Translations under genes and position numbers: made by a program | In this document: positions 1 through 15,400 of the stretch, piece by piece | How the letters are laid out: every line of letters starts with the position of its first letter | Numbering within the stretch: the first letter of the stretch is position 1 | Notes under the pieces: model-generated | What the model was told of the DNA's origin: nothing | The model's database searches: none | Seen by the model: the letters and a program-made list of their open reading frames with translations, nothing else | Assembly (NCBI GenBank): GCA_037379345.1 | Contig: CM074511.1 | Span: forward strand, 29,456,862-29,520,861 | Direction of reading: 5' to 3' | From: Perna viridis | Taxonomy: Eukaryota | DNA length: 64,000 nucleotides

Positions 1-439
1 AATATTGGTTGGGCAGATAGGGAAATTTATTTTTCAAAAACATTTTTACATTGAGTTAATGGAGAAACAATCTTGACTATAACAATGCTTGAGCCAAAAT
101 TGCCATAGAGTGTTGTGTGTAATTAATCGTAAATAAATTAAAATACCTATTCAAGTTAAGTTGTTGTTTTGAAAAATTTCTGCTTGATGTCAATATATAA
201 CAGTCAACTCTGTCTAGTAGGTGCATTTAACAAATTCAAATAATTGACTGTTTGTAATGATGTCAACCCCTTTCCAGGGAGATAGTGATACATTGTTCAT
301 CTCATGTTAATGTCGAGATTCTGAAGTTTCATGAGCAGTGGGTCAAAGCTACTTATATGTATTAATGTCTACTAAACAAATTTTTAATTTCTAGCTATGA
401 GCGATTCTGTTCTGATGTCTTTAATATTGTTGTCTTCAG

Positions 440-3400
440 ACAAAGAATTGAAGCCATTTCCACAGCAATATGCTACAGCTCTGTTTTCATTCCTGTATCA
501 TCTAGCAAGCTATGAAAATGGTAAGTTAGAAATTATCTAGGACTAGTGATTGAAAAAGATGAAATCTAAAAAATAATACCATTATTATCAGGTATATGCT
601 TTTTTGTCATTTCACTAAGGTCTGCAATGTACAATTAGTCATAAGTTATGATGTCTCAGTGAAAAAATTATTTTTTTTAAACATACACTTGTGCCTTTCA
701 GTGATATCAACCACCAAGTTAAGTATACAAATACAAACCTGATCAATATTCTTATAACCTATTAGCCACTTTATGAAGCTTTGTTTCAGATAGATAATTT
801 ATGGTCTATTCGTTGAATTAATTGATGTCTGCCATCCATTTCTACGATTCTATGGGGAATGGCACTGAAGCCTACTTCAAATGACTTTTGGACAATATCA
901 TGTGAATATCTAAACTTGCACTCCAGGCTCGTCCAAATTATGCACATGATTTAAGTCAGTATCCTAAATTGTATTTTTCATTTAAGTCAGTGTTCTAAAT
1001 TGTATTTTTCATTTCAATCTAAATGAGAACTGAATAAAATACATTAAAATTTAATTGGTTAGCAATTTCTTGTTGAAATATTCTGTAATTTATTCAGTAT
1101 GTATGTTGAAGGTTCATGGACAATGTAAACATATTAGAATTTTGTATTAATGACTTTGTGTTGTTTTAAAAGGTGTAGAAGCTCTTGTTTCTTGTGGTAT
1201 GATGGAATGTTTGTTGAAGGTCATTAACTGGTATGGAGATACTCAAGAGCACATTACGGTAAGCTTGAAATATAGCATTTGATATCAATGATTTTTTTTT
1301 CGGCTCATTTATCGTAGACATTACCATTGTGACCTTGTATTAATTGTTTTGAAGTAACTGGTTTAGATGACTAGCATCCCTTAGTGTGATTATCACATTA
1401 AAATTCAGCTCAGTAGAAGTGATTTGAAGAAATGAATTAATTCAAGTGTTCTTATTTTAGCAGTTTGTGACAAGAGCAGTAAGAGTGGTTGACTTGATCA
1501 CCAACTTAGACATGGCTGCCTTCCAATCACAGGGAGGATTGTCAATATGTATCAATAGGTTAGAGGTGAGCTATTTTTTAAGATTTAAAGATTAAGAATG
1601 AAAAACAAACTATTATTTGCTCATATGATAAAAACAATTTGAATATGTAAAGTATAAGCTACATACTTATGGACACAGTTTACCAAGTTACATTTTTCAT
1701 AGCTTTTGTGGTTTAAATATGAATTATTAAAGATTTTCTACTCTTGAGATTTTCTTGTCAAACCAATAAATCTTGAGAATTTCATCCATGAAATTTTGAG
1801 TAAAAATTAGAAATGATACTAACAAAAAATGCTTCAAATTAAATACGTGCAAGTAGATTTTGCCAGGTAAATTGAGAATGAGGAGACTGGAATTTTCATC
1901 CCAACCATCCCACATTTCTTCAAAAGAGAGCCATGTTCTTTCCAGTAGCATTTTTAGTAATTTTGTCATTTTGGCATGACGAAATGGTCAAATTAGCCAA
2001 ATTTGGTTGCACTGTTTATTCATCCTTTGAGGTTGTCCCATGTTAAATCTTGTTGGAAACTTATATCAATCAATTATTCATGTAGGCAAGACATGATCTG
2101 TAAGTCATTAAAATACAATGTCAAATTTTCTGTTGACTCTTTCTAGCCTGGATTATATACATGTGTATGACTTGGTGTCTTTTAATATGGACCTTCGCTC
2201 TCCAAATTTCCAATTAACTTATTAAGTGCCCTCTCAACTACAGTTTTGACTGGGTGTTTATATGAAACTTATTTATCCTATCCAGTATGAAGTTGAGATA
2301 TGCAGAGCTGAACAGCCATTTGAGATCAAAGTAGGTAGTCCTGATGAAAACCCTGGTTCTCCTAGCAATGCCATGGAAACAGAAAGCTCTGCCACTGAAC
2401 AAGGATCATCTGTAGATCCAGTACAACCCTCAACATCATCAGAGTCAAATACTATTGTTGTTCAAACTCCTACTAAAACAGGTAAGAATGGAAAGAAGAA
2501 TCACTTGGCCAATTATTTGGTCCCAAATACTCATCTGTAGATTTTTACCTGCTAATGGAGCTTTTCTGTTTGTTCATTCTGCGTAATGTTTATTGAAGAT
2601 AGTTTCAACATAATACATGTAACATTAGATTTAGATGGTGGAGTATAACCTAATAGTACATGTGCAGGATTTACATGTACAGTATATTAAATACAGTTCA
2701 GGTTATAAAAACACATGTAGAGAATGTTTTGTTTCTACTTTTTTAGGTGTAAGCTGTTTTCCTCAGAGAGCTGCTTTACTGAAGTCCATGTTGAATTTTT
2801 TAAAGAAAGCAATACCTGACCCATCTTTCTCAGATAGTATTAGACACTGTAAGTATCATTGAAAATTGATTGTTTGTAATGATTTTCTTATTTAGGATTT
2901 TCCACAACAGGAATGATCTGAAAAAAAGACTTACAGGTTCAATCTATAGATATCATGTAAAATTACTTACGGCTTGGTAATAACAATTTATCAAAAAGTA
3001 GTATATAAAATTCAGTCATGTCAATGACTTATATTGATATTGTACCTAATCAATCGATACAGGCTTGAATGATTGTTAATTAGAATTCATTACTAAAAGT
3101 TAGGATTCATGTCACCTTTCTATTTTTGACAGTGATGGAAGGATCTCTGCCAAAATCTTTGAAGCATATCATCAGCAATGCAGAGTACTATGGACCATCT
3201 CTGTTCCTTTTAGGTAAGGAGTAATTTCTTAAGTAACCAAAAACAGACTTGGTACAAATTATTTGCAGTGTTTTAGGTCTCATTTATGAGTTTTTTATGA
3301 AATAAAATATTGTAGGTGTTAGAATAACAATGTATGGGTATGTCTTCACAATTACTCTTTTGTCATTAGTTAATAGGCAAATATGTATTGAAATAGCAAA

Positions 3401-6400
3401 ACATCTTTTGTTCCTAGATACAACACTTGTAGTAAATTGTCTAATACACAACTTTGATTTCCGCAACAGCTACAGATGTAGTTACAGTATATGTTTTCCA
3501 AGAACCATCACTCCTGTCATCTCTTCAAGATAGTGGCCTTACTGATGTAGTACTGCATGCTTTACTCATCAAAGATGTAAGTGAAAGTAGTCAATCTTAA
3601 TCTCACAATTACAAGGAAAATTATACATGTGGTTCAAAGTTTTTAAGAAAGTGAATATTTTTGGAACTTTAAAAAGATTTTATTGTTATTTGTAAACCTG
3701 GTAAAGCATTTAAAACCATGCCCCAATGGCAGGTGAACCGTTGTATACCTCTTGTCTCCTTGTAACAGTAAATGGGGACTTATCAGCCACATTTTTGAAC
3801 AAATAAAGTGCTGATATGAAAGAAATATTTAATCTCAGTGAATCTAATTAATTCTGATTCTATCTTCAGGTGCCAGCAACAAGAGATGTGCTTTCATCAC
3901 TACCTAATGTTTTCAGTGCTTTGTGTTTGAATGCTAGAGGTCTTCAGTCATTTGTCAACTGCAAACCATTTGATCGACTGTTTAAGGTGTTACTGTCACC
4001 TGACTATTTACCAGCCATGAGGAGAAGGAGAAGTTCAGATCCTTTTGGTTAGGAGACTTATATATTTATTTGGTCGTCTCTATGTAAAAAAATGATTACT
4101 AATGTTTCGGACATCTTAAACTGTTATGTTGACTGAAAGACTTTGTAGAACTTGTCTTCATGCAAAAACATGAATGAACTTTATAAAATTATATGAAGTC
4201 TCATCAGTATTAAGTATGCATAATTATAATTGTAATGTAATGCATGTGTGATATGAAAAAAGTATTATGTCTTCATTGGGTTTAGTGTAGGCAGAATTCA
4301 CTATAGAAAAAGTAACAGATATGGTGAACTTTAACAAATTGTATACCCTTTAAAAAATGTATTTGAATTTACAGTGATCACCAAAAGATCTTATATAAGT
4401 GTAAAAAAACCTTTAAGTAAGTTCTGAAAGGTGAAGACAATGAAAGTACACGGCTTTGACTCTGTGCTATGTGTACATGTATTAAGATTTTGAGTAAGGA
4501 AAAAAGTTCCAAGTTGCCATTATCAGTGACATGCCACCAATTCATTTAGGCCTTTAAAACAAATAGATTTCTGGACTAAAAATCAGATTTCAATATGGAA
4601 TTTCTCAACGATTCTCCTCAATAAATCTCCTTACACTTTCAAAACAGGTGACACGGCCAGCAGTTTGGGAAATGCCATGGATGAATTGATGAGACACCAG
4701 CCTTCTCTTAGGACAGATGCAACTACTGCTATTATCAAGGTACTTGTATTGACAAAAAAGGACCTTTTTTAAGTCTAATATATTTTCCATATATATTTTC
4801 TGGCAAGCATATGATGGTATAATGCTGTCTTTTGTTGAAACAAAAGCCTCCACACATCTTTTTATAAAAAAAAAAAAGTTTCAGGGTTAAAAATAGAATT
4901 GGTATAATTTTTGTCTTTATTAAGAAGAACGCTTAATATTTTATTTTTGTACAATGTCCTGAAAAAAGAAGATTTTGTTCAATTATTAATTCACATTTAT
5001 TGTTATTTATGGTTGTAGAGACCACAATGTTTCCTTCCTACTGAGATTTCAGATTTTAAAATTAGTTCTACAAAAAATATTTATGTATATGATCATTCAA
5101 GAGGCCTATTTTATAATGATTTTAATAATTACTGATTCAATTTTAGCTGTTAGAGGAAGTCTGTGCTTTGGGAATGGACCCAAAGTATATTTGTCAGAAG
5201 CTGCAGCCCAAACCAGATCAAAGTAGATATGTGACACCATCCCCTCGTCCAACAGACAATGTGTCTTCTGATGAGGAAGATGAAGATGAAGAAATGCCTG
5301 CTAACACTCAGGATAATGCTTCAAAATCTGTGTCTGATGTTAGCCAATCAAGCCAGTATGTACATATATAATCATATTTTAGTAAAGATAAATGGTGCAA
5401 CGCCTAATAACATGTATCAAAGACCTTGTTACTTACAAATAAGATACCTTGTAAGCTATATGTCATTCTTGAACATGTTATTGAAGGAAGGTTATGAAGA
5501 AAATTACCTTAAAATATTAATAGTGTTATGGTTTAGCTAGAAAGAAATTGTAAAGATTTTGAAATTACTTCAATAGTGCTTCAAATTATTAAATTTTGAT
5601 TAAGAACATTACCTATTTACTGTAAAATTTCATCCAAATACTAGTAGTGATCTATTACTAATTATAAGTACTTGAGAACTAGCTGTAAAACTTTAGATAA
5701 CCTGAGGACTGATGAGAAATGAGGAACACAGAGGAAGAGTATTTTGGATATTTTGTACTCTTTTAAGACATGTACATGTATGATACTCTTTCAGATCTGT
5801 ACAGAGTGCCCAAGAGAGAGAAGCTATTCCATTGATGGATTACGTTATGAATGTAGTAAGTTATTTATTTTAACTGTAGTAAATAATTTCATGTAAGTAA
5901 CAGTGAATTCATCAGGTCATAAGAGTAGGATAGTTCTTTATCAAACCAGTTTCAAAGCATTATCTTGTTCTCCATTTGATAATTTGTTATCAACTGGAAT
6001 AAAAATAATGCCAAAGAATGGCAAAGTGTAGTGTTACTTGATCTTCTTAGATTCAAGCTAATGCAGCTTGCTACAGATTAAATATATCAAGAATAATTGC
6101 TATGTTTATGTTATGAATGATATATGTTCTTGTAGCTTCACTCAAGATAAATCTAGTATTGCCACTTCTTTTTATACTCCCCTAGACTTACCTATTTAAT
6201 TACATGTAACTTTATAGACATAAATAAGAACTTTGACTTTATTACTCTGAATTTTGTGATACATACCTAACAGGAAACTAATTACTGGGAAACATGCTTT
6301 TGGTTTGTTTTTACGATTTTAGAAGATGCATGCAATTTTATATTTCGTGTTAACACATTGCAGTTACTAATTTTAGATGAAGTTTGTGGAAGCAATTCTT

Positions 6401-9400
6401 AGTAACAACTCAACAGATGACCATTGTAGAGAGTTTGTCACACAGAAAGGTCTACAGCCTCTCATGTCTATCCTAGGAATGCCCAACCTTTCCATTGATT
6501 TTCCTGCCTCTCAGGCATGTCATGCTGTATCTATTGTTTGTAAATCAATACTGGTAAGTAATAACTTGATTGAAGTGAAAAAGTCGAGTTGAATTGTTAT
6601 ATTCCCCTCACCTTGAAACATAAATGTTATCTATTATTTGGCCATTATATCTTCAAAATTTCTGTTGTCTGATAGGTGAAATATGATGTATTACGTTACA
6701 GCAAGTTGAAAATGACTAGTTCTGATTTCTATACAAATCTACATGTATGTAGGCTACTGTCATTTTTCTTAAAAGAACATACATATAGAATGAATTTCTT
6801 AGCATTACTCATTATACACTGATACCACTTGTTCCATTTTTGTCTAATGAAATGTTTTTAATTTTAGCAATTGTCACGGGAGCCTCAAGTACTAAAGCAA
6901 GGCTTATTGAAGTTAGATGAGGTATTGCAAAGTCTTGAAGCACTACACAAGCCACTAGAAGCCCCTGGAGGTTCTGTTCTTATCAGAGAACTTGCAAATG
7001 TTGCACATCTTCCTGATGCCATACAGTCTCCTCAGCTGACACCCCTGCTTCATGCCTTGTCGTCGTGCCATGCCTACATTATGATGTTTGTTCATGTGTG
7101 TAAAATGGGCCAGGTAAGTCATGAAATTTGTATCATGTATCTAAATCTTCAATTTTTGTACTTAATTGACTGTAAAACTTTTCAGAAAAATTTCTTTGTG
7201 TAATGATTGACAGCTTCTAACATGTTGCAGGAAGAAGTGAAAATTAATCCTTTTGCTAATGAGTTGTTGTTAGATCACCATTTTAAATATGTTACGTACA
7301 TATATCTCATATATTCTTTTGAATTATGGAGTCTTTTTCTGTTTGTATACATGTTTTTTTTTCTCTTTCAGTCTGATATAAGGTCAATATCAGTAAACCA
7401 TTGGGGATCTGAACTTGGACTGAAGGTGCTTAATGGACTTAGTAGACTGTATACTTCATTAGTCTGGGAGAGTACAGTACTATTAGCTCTTTGTAGTGAA
7501 GACATTTTACCACCTGGATGTGAATTTGGCAAGGCTGATATGGAGAAACTTCTTCCCAAAGACTTCAAACCAGAAAAAGATGGCAAAGAGGAAGATGGTG
7601 AAGGGAGTTCCTTGACAAGAGAAACAGGAGAAATGGGGAGTAATGGTGTCCGAGCAGCCATGGAGTCATTAACAACATCAGAAAGTATTGGATCACCAAT
7701 GGAAGTATCAGACAGTCAAACTTCTCAAACATCTGACAAAAAGAAGATATCTCCTACTCTTCAGGCACAAATTAAACAGCTAAAACCACTGTTATCAGTG
7801 TCATCAAGACTGTGTAGGACTTTAGCTGAATTATTTGGACTGCTGGTTAAGCTAAGTGTTGGAAGCCCAGTCAGGCAGAGAAGGACCAATACAACAGTCT
7901 CTCCTACCACACCAACCCCGGCTGCACAGGCAGTAGCTAGGGCTCTTACCAAATTGTTAACCAATGGTCTGAACTGGGAGCCTCCTCCTTGGTCTCCTGT
8001 GCCAAAACTTAGGTAATTGAATTCATCATTTCTAAGTTACAGTAATTTTGGAGTATATTTTGTTTTTCACAGATTTTTTCTTTTTCTTATAAAGTATAAA
8101 AAGACATATAAAGTTAAATTGCATGGCTAATTTCAATCTTCAGTTCTTGTTTAAGTGATGATTTGTATGTTTCTTTATGATGAATTTACCCTGACAAGCA
8201 TATATCTGAACATAATTGTTGATACTTATCTCTGAAAGAAACATGCATCTCCTAAATATGTTTTGAATGTAAAATACATTGATCATATATACACCAATTA
8301 TCTGTAGTGGTTTATAGTAAATGTTATGTTGTGTGTCGAGTAATGATCAGTGTTTTTCTGTTTTTCTCCATGAAAATGAGTAACGCTCAATAGAAATCAA
8401 ATTTTAAATTACTAATTATCTTTCCATTGGCTAAATTTCATTCGTCAAAGGTTATAAGAAAAAGTAATCCTGTAGTCCTGCTAACTTCAGACAAATTTAA
8501 TGTTTTCTTGCTTTTCAGATTAACATTCCTGGTTTGCTCAGTGGGTTTTACTTCACCAATGTTATTTGACGATAGAAAGCATCCATATCATCTGATGTTA
8601 CAAAAGTTTTTAGCCTGTGGAGGACAGAAAGCATTGTTTCAGTAAGTTGCTGTAATGAATAGAGTATTGCAAACATCAGCTTTTGCACAATACAAATTTT
8701 CTGAGTGAAGGTTTCAGTGGTGGAAGTTATGTGTCAATGCATGTTGATGAACAACCTGTAAAAATTGTGTTGTATTAATTATTTGTTAAAATGTGTATGA
8801 AAATCGAAGGCATGCTTCAAAGACATTGTAGTTAGTGTTGTTTCTTGATGATGATATAATCTTGACAAGCATATATCTGAAGAAATATGTTGAAATTTAA
8901 ATCTGAAGGAAACACAAGAAAAAAAAATGTTGATTTATGGGACATTCTCAGATTTTGTTTTGTGAGTAGAAATAAACCTTTCCCCCAATGTGTGGATGGT
9001 TAAAATTCAAAATGTTAATGTACATACATATAACAGGTACTGTAAAGCAGGTAATTTTCTTGGGGCTATTTGGTGTATTTTAGCTATCTGTATAAAACAC
9101 ACAAAAAAATTCCTCAAACTATTTACTCAGGGCTTAAGTACTAAGTACACCACTTGCCAAAATGAGAAATATAACATTCTGGATACCTTTTTGCTTAAAA
9201 ATTGCCAAATTTTACCTCTGCCATATGGCAACAACTGAACTGATCTTCTGATTTCAGGGCATTTGAGTGGGCATTGTCATGTGATGGCAAAAAGAAAGGA
9301 GATAACAATGAACTTCCAGGTAACTTCTTCCTGCATATTATATTCAAATCAGCAATTGAACATCTATATTGAACTTATTTGGGTTTTTTTAACAGCTTAA

Positions 9401-12400
9401 GTGATTGTTATACATGTAATTGAGACCTGGGCATAATTAATAAGTGAACATTTTAGGAATGACTTTGACAAATAAAACATAAAAGTTATGCACAAAAATT
9501 ATAATTCTCTTTCTGTGTTGTTTGATCTGTATAAACCAAATTTAAATTGTTTGTTGTTTAAAAATAGATGGAACTGGTGAATTCCTGGATGCCTGGTTAA
9601 TGCTCATTGAAAAGATGGTCAATCCAGAAACTGTAATGGAGTCTAGCCACACACTACCAGAGAAATCTAGTCAGCCAGGATTCGTCCCTTTTAACAAAGT
9701 GCAATATCTGATAAGTACTCAAAAGGTATGTAGAATCAATGTACACGTAAATTTACACTCTCTATGGAAAACTAATACTCTAGCTCAAAACAAATGAAAA
9801 CTGAACTATTTCCCAAGTTTGAAACTTTTTACTAAAACGCTGTGAACAGCCAGGTCTATTGGTTAAAGGCTACTAGGTTAGGATGTCTCCTTATATTGTA
9901 TGATTTTTTTTACATGTAGTTCTTAGAGGAAAAAAAATATCAAATGTAATAACAGTCCTTTCATGGAAATCTACACTATCAATGGGAAACTGTCACATTA
10001 GCTTGAAATGCAAGAAAACTGCGCACATTTCCCAAGTTGGAAACTGTTTGTACTATTCCCAATGAACAGCCTTGCTTATTGGTTGAAGCTAGAACTAATA
10101 ATAATGAGGTATGAAGAAGGTTGATAAATAGATAGTGCCATTGCATAGGTTGAGCTCATTATGGTTCCATTCAGCAAGTCCTCTTCCCATGATGAATCAC
10201 ATTATTGACAAGCATATGTCTAAATGTGTTATGTTAGACAACATTAAAATCTGAGGAAGCTTATGGAGGTTGCTTTGTCAAATCTGTTGCAAGGCTGAAG
10301 AGAAACCAAATTTCTGTAAATTTGTGAAATAACTTTCTGGAAAATAACGGATATAATTTATTACTTCTACATTACAGAAATATATGCATTTTTTTTACAT
10401 TTTTATCATTTTATCATGCAGGCTGCATTTAATGCTGTGATGGAGCTTTGGAATATGAAGCCTTTGAAGGTGTATGGTGGTAGAATGTCCGAGTCCATGT
10501 TGGCTATCCTCAGCCATATCATCAAGGGAGAAATAGTTATCAAGGTAAATGGTTTGGCAAACTCCCATACTTTATGGAGACTGCCTAATGAAAGAAAAAG
10601 ACTGAATGTGAAAGTAATTATTGTGTTGGAGAGAGTAGTCTTGCATTGTGTATCTTCATGTCTGTCATGTGACCTATGTGATTGAATACAGTGCTACAGT
10701 AACAGTAGTGATTGGCATCGTTGGATAGAGGTTTTGTTTAGTAACTTTTATCCTGGTTTTGTAGCTAGACATTATACTAAACATATTGATGGTGTAAATA
10801 ATGAAAAGTATTAATATTGTTTCATCTTTTAGCATTTCAGTGGAATTGGAAACTAAAATTCTTATGAAATTATGTGATGAATGAAGAAAAAGAATAGGCA
10901 TATTGACCTGTAGAATTTTTAATTGTTACATGGATGACTTTCTTGAAAGTCATACCACTTCTCCTATTTTTATATTTTGATAAAAAAAAATTCAATGCAT
11001 TTTGATCAAATGGAAAGCCAAAATCTTTCAATGTTATTATAGAAATATCTAGATAAAGAGAAGCCAGCTGTGGCTGCGGCTGCTGCTGCTACTACAGCTG
11101 CTGAATCTCAGAGTAGTACTGCTACCAGTGCAACACCTGGACCATCACAGCCAACAGAACAAGAACCACAAGTTCATCAGCTCTATTTACAGATGGTAAG
11201 CTTAATTTCAATAACTGAATTTTATTATCTTGTTTATATAGATTGGTTTTGGAGTCATCTGATCAAATTCTTAACCATATTATGCTTAATAACAACATCA
11301 CATTTTCACAAGATCACATGGAATAAATGAATTATCTCAGTGACAGTATGTTTTTGAAATTATTATTAAAATTTGTCGTTTTGAAATTCATTTTTGCTTT
11401 TCATTTGTTTCAAGTTGATTGGTATGGGATTTACGCCTGAACAAAGTACAGAAGCTTTGCTTCACTGTAATACTCTAGAACAGGCTACAGAATACATTGT
11501 CAACCACCCTCCTGCACCTCCTGCAGCCAATGGGGTAAGTTGATAACTATTCATAAATTTACTTATCAAAATGTTCCATGTTCTGATTTTATGATCTTGT
11601 ATCTGTTCAACTAACAACTTTTCATCAACATAGAGAATGAATTTTTCAGAAATTGCTTTCCCAGATTTTTTTTTCTATTTTGGGGTTTCAATCATCACAT
11701 TGAAGATGAGAGAGATGTTTTGATTTGAGGAAAAAAAATATGTTATTGACTTTTGAGTCCAGATATTCATGTAAATTGACCTTTAAATGGAAGAAAAAAG
11801 CTAATGTATGATAGATGGATTGCTTTCACTTTCGATATTAAACCTGAAATTTATTCAGTAATTAGTTTATATTGTTTTTTTTTCTTCATATGAATTGTTA
11901 ATACGAAGAAAGACAGGGTAACAAAAGAAGTCTATTTGATTTCAGCCTTTTAGCAGCGTCTTGGAGATGTCTGAGGAAGACCAAATGATGACTGCTATTG
12001 CCATGTCACTTGGACAGAATGCCGTCATGTCAACTGATGTAAGTACCTATAGATAAACCAAAGATGGAGTGGTTTTAAAAGTGACAAGAGATTTTAATGG
12101 TTGTATGACTGTTTTCAAACAAAATGCAAAATTTTACATTCAAGCACAAAGGGACTAATGCAGAATTGAAAGTGCCATTATACCTGATGTACTCTCCCTT
12201 TAATTTTTTTAATATCTCACTATGCAATCGATTTCTTTATTATCAGGGAAATCAGTCAGCACAAGGGACAGCTGCCACAAGCCAGGCAAAAACTGAGGAA
12301 AAAGAAAAAGATGAAATAGATGAGAAACAGGAAAATGAAGAACCATTAGATAAAGAGGCTTTAGATAACTTTACTAATTCTGTTGTCACTGGTATGTGTT

Positions 12401-15400
12401 TTAGTAAAGAGAACTAGTTGACTCTTGTATCATGAACTTCCATGATTTATTTACATTTAACATTGTTAAGTAATTTAAATTGTATTTTTTAGCAGGGATT
12501 GATGGTTGACTGTAGTAGAGCTTCTTATCAAAGATTTGAAAAAAAAAAACTTGCCTTGTCAGTGAAATAGTACAATTCTATGGTTGTGCACCTAAATAAA
12601 ATTTGTAGCCTATATATTTTATATCCATGAATGGGATGATGCATTGATGATCCTCTCTCTTGTAGGTTGTTTGACGCTTTTAGACTCACTGCCAGAAACA
12701 GTGTATAGGGTTTGTGATTTGTTCATAGTGGTCACACAGAGGAATGGTTCAAAATGGCAGAAAGATGTTTTGTGTACAATAGTTCAGGAGGTAATCTGTT
12801 ACCTTAAGATTGATGATAATCATTTTATTAATTGAATACTATTTTTATGAAGTGCTTGGACTGAATAAAAAAGACCCTTATGTGCTTTGCTCTAGGTGCA
12901 CGTTTCTTGAATCAGATCACATTTTCACCCTTCTTATGGATCTCACCGATTATTTATTCATACATATCAGTGGTAAATAGGTGTTGTTGTTTTTTTTTTA
13001 TTATGTAGAAAAATATTTGACTACTTTAACAACATGCACATGAAAAATAAGTTATTGGTTATTTAATTATGTACTGACTTCTAGGCTATATTTTTTAAGT
13101 AATAATTTTTGCCTAAGATAAACTCTGTATTTTTTTTTTAAGATAAAAGAATTATGTAAAGTGATAATATCAACGGCATCAAAAGAGGAGAGAACAAAGA
13201 ATATAGAAAATTCTTCTAGATTTGCTGCTAGACTTCATCTTTTTAGTTTACTATTTGAGGTATGTATTTTGATTGAATATCAATATTCGTAGTTATCATT
13301 AACATGTTTTGTTTTTTTTTCTAGGGAGATACAATTATTCTTTACCTTGTATTGTTTGGATCAAGTTGGCAATTATATTCCATATACTTTTGTTAATGAC
13401 ATTGAAATGTTGCACTGTGTATCTTCATGTCTGTCATATGACTTATGTGATCGAATACAGTGCTACAGTAACAGTAGTGATTGGCATCGTTGGGTAGAGG
13501 TTTTGTTTAGTAACTTTTATCCTGGTTTTGTAGCTAGACATTTAACAAATGTAAGATACTTTTTTGAGCTAGAATGATGTATTTGAAAGATAATTTTGGG
13601 ACAACTATGACCTGGATGAATTTTTCATTGTTATCTAATACAAGTATGTACTGAAAATCTACAAAGAACCTCTAGCATTTTTTGTTTTATTTGTAAATTT
13701 GTTATGATAAATAATCTGTTATTTTTTACAATACAGGAAGAATTTTTAGTCATTATGAATTTAATCAATGTAGAATAAGTAATTAAACTTCAGACTTGTT
13801 TATTATTCCTCTTTTTATAGGAAATGATGATGCCTTGTGCTGAAACCATTGACACTCTGTTTTTGACAGACACTTTGGTTCAAGTTCTCAATTGTGAACA
13901 AGAATTTATGTCTGCTAATCGGGACATGGTCACTTCCAGGTAGGCAGTATGGCAGAAATCAGAAGCAGGCATTCTTAGTTGTTAAGAAATAATTGTCTTA
14001 GAACTTTTGTGCACTTGTATTGGTAAAAATCCTGTGTCTAAGTTCAAGAAAATGTTAAAAGCAGTAAATGTATGCAGTTAGATTTGTGGAATTCGTACTT
14101 ACCTCATATTATGAATAATATCTTAAAGATCTGGATGAATCAAAACCTAAGTATTTCTATTAACAATATTGTTGAAAATAATATTTTGAGGAAATTTGGT
14201 GAAAAGTAAAGGTTGGCAGTGAAAAAATTTGGTTGTTTTGGTTAATTTGAAACACATTTTTTTTACATCTTATTATGAATTTTTTTTTCAGATGGCTTGC
14301 GCCTTTGCTTTTACTTCTTGACCTGTATGAAAAAGTATCTGTGATATCCAAGAGAAAAGCCCAAGCCATCAAAGTCACAGTAAGTAGAAATAAATGGCTT
14401 AAAGCTGTTGTTTCTATTAATTGCCATTAAGATATTATAGAAGTAGTTTATTTACCTCTGCTGCACTTTTTTTCAGCTGTTATGACATAATTCATATTCT
14501 GCTAGTAAGGAGTGCAAAATTAATAGCTGTTTATTCACTAGTAAGGGTTATTATCTCTTAGTAGGTTATTCCGCAGCTAACATATCTTTTCAGCTATTAA
14601 ATCTTTCTTTTCAAGAAATTAAGAATTTGGTGATGAGAACAATTTCTGTTCCTCTTGTACATGCATATGTCTGAGGTTAAACAAAGTATTTGTCTTGTCT
14701 TGACTAACTACTGAAACTGTCTAGGTGCTCAGTAGTATCTTGAATAAGTTGTTACCAAAAAAAAACATTGAAGCAATTTAAGCCCAAAGTCCTTCTACTA
14801 CTTATGTAAAATGAACAAGTATGGCAATGAAATAATATTTTATGGTGGTGTAGGCATGCTTTTAAACTGCTCTTATAAAAATCAGATGTACATACAGTTG
14901 GTTAGCCTACTTTTATGTGGTATCAAAATATTGATATGTAGCTGTCATAAGTGGAGCTATGAATGACTTCGAGGTTATGACCTTAATTGTTAGGAATAAT
15001 GGTCTAAATCATATTTCAGATTTCCACTCAAAAAACATGAGTAAAAGTGGTTCTCAATGAAATAGTATCACAAGGTTTCATTACCCAAAAGTTAGACTGG
15101 GATTGATTTTTAAGGTTATGACCCAAACCATTAAGCAGAAACAGAGTAAAAAGATTTTTCTTGTTTTCTTTACACCAAATCTTGACTTGACAGATCTGTA
15201 AGAAATAGTAACACAAGGTTCCATGTTATGAAAATGAAGGTTGACAGTGATGTTTAGGATTTTGACCTGAGGGGTTTTGGAATTGGGACAAAAAAGGAAT
15301 TTTTTTTTTTCAGATTTTCATACCATTATGCAGGTTAAAATGTATGGATGTGTATGAAATCATACTGCAATATTCCTTATAACAAAAGGAAGGTTGGATT

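Noticed and set aside
6678-6730. ATGATGT...CTGA with a gaaat/atttc stem
   Set aside because: Only ~45 nt, imperfect C box and no rRNA complement.
7368-7964. Minus-strand ORFs (also 16736, 40225, 47165, 54739, 56856)
   Set aside because: Antisense shadows of HUWE1 exons with no independent gene signal.
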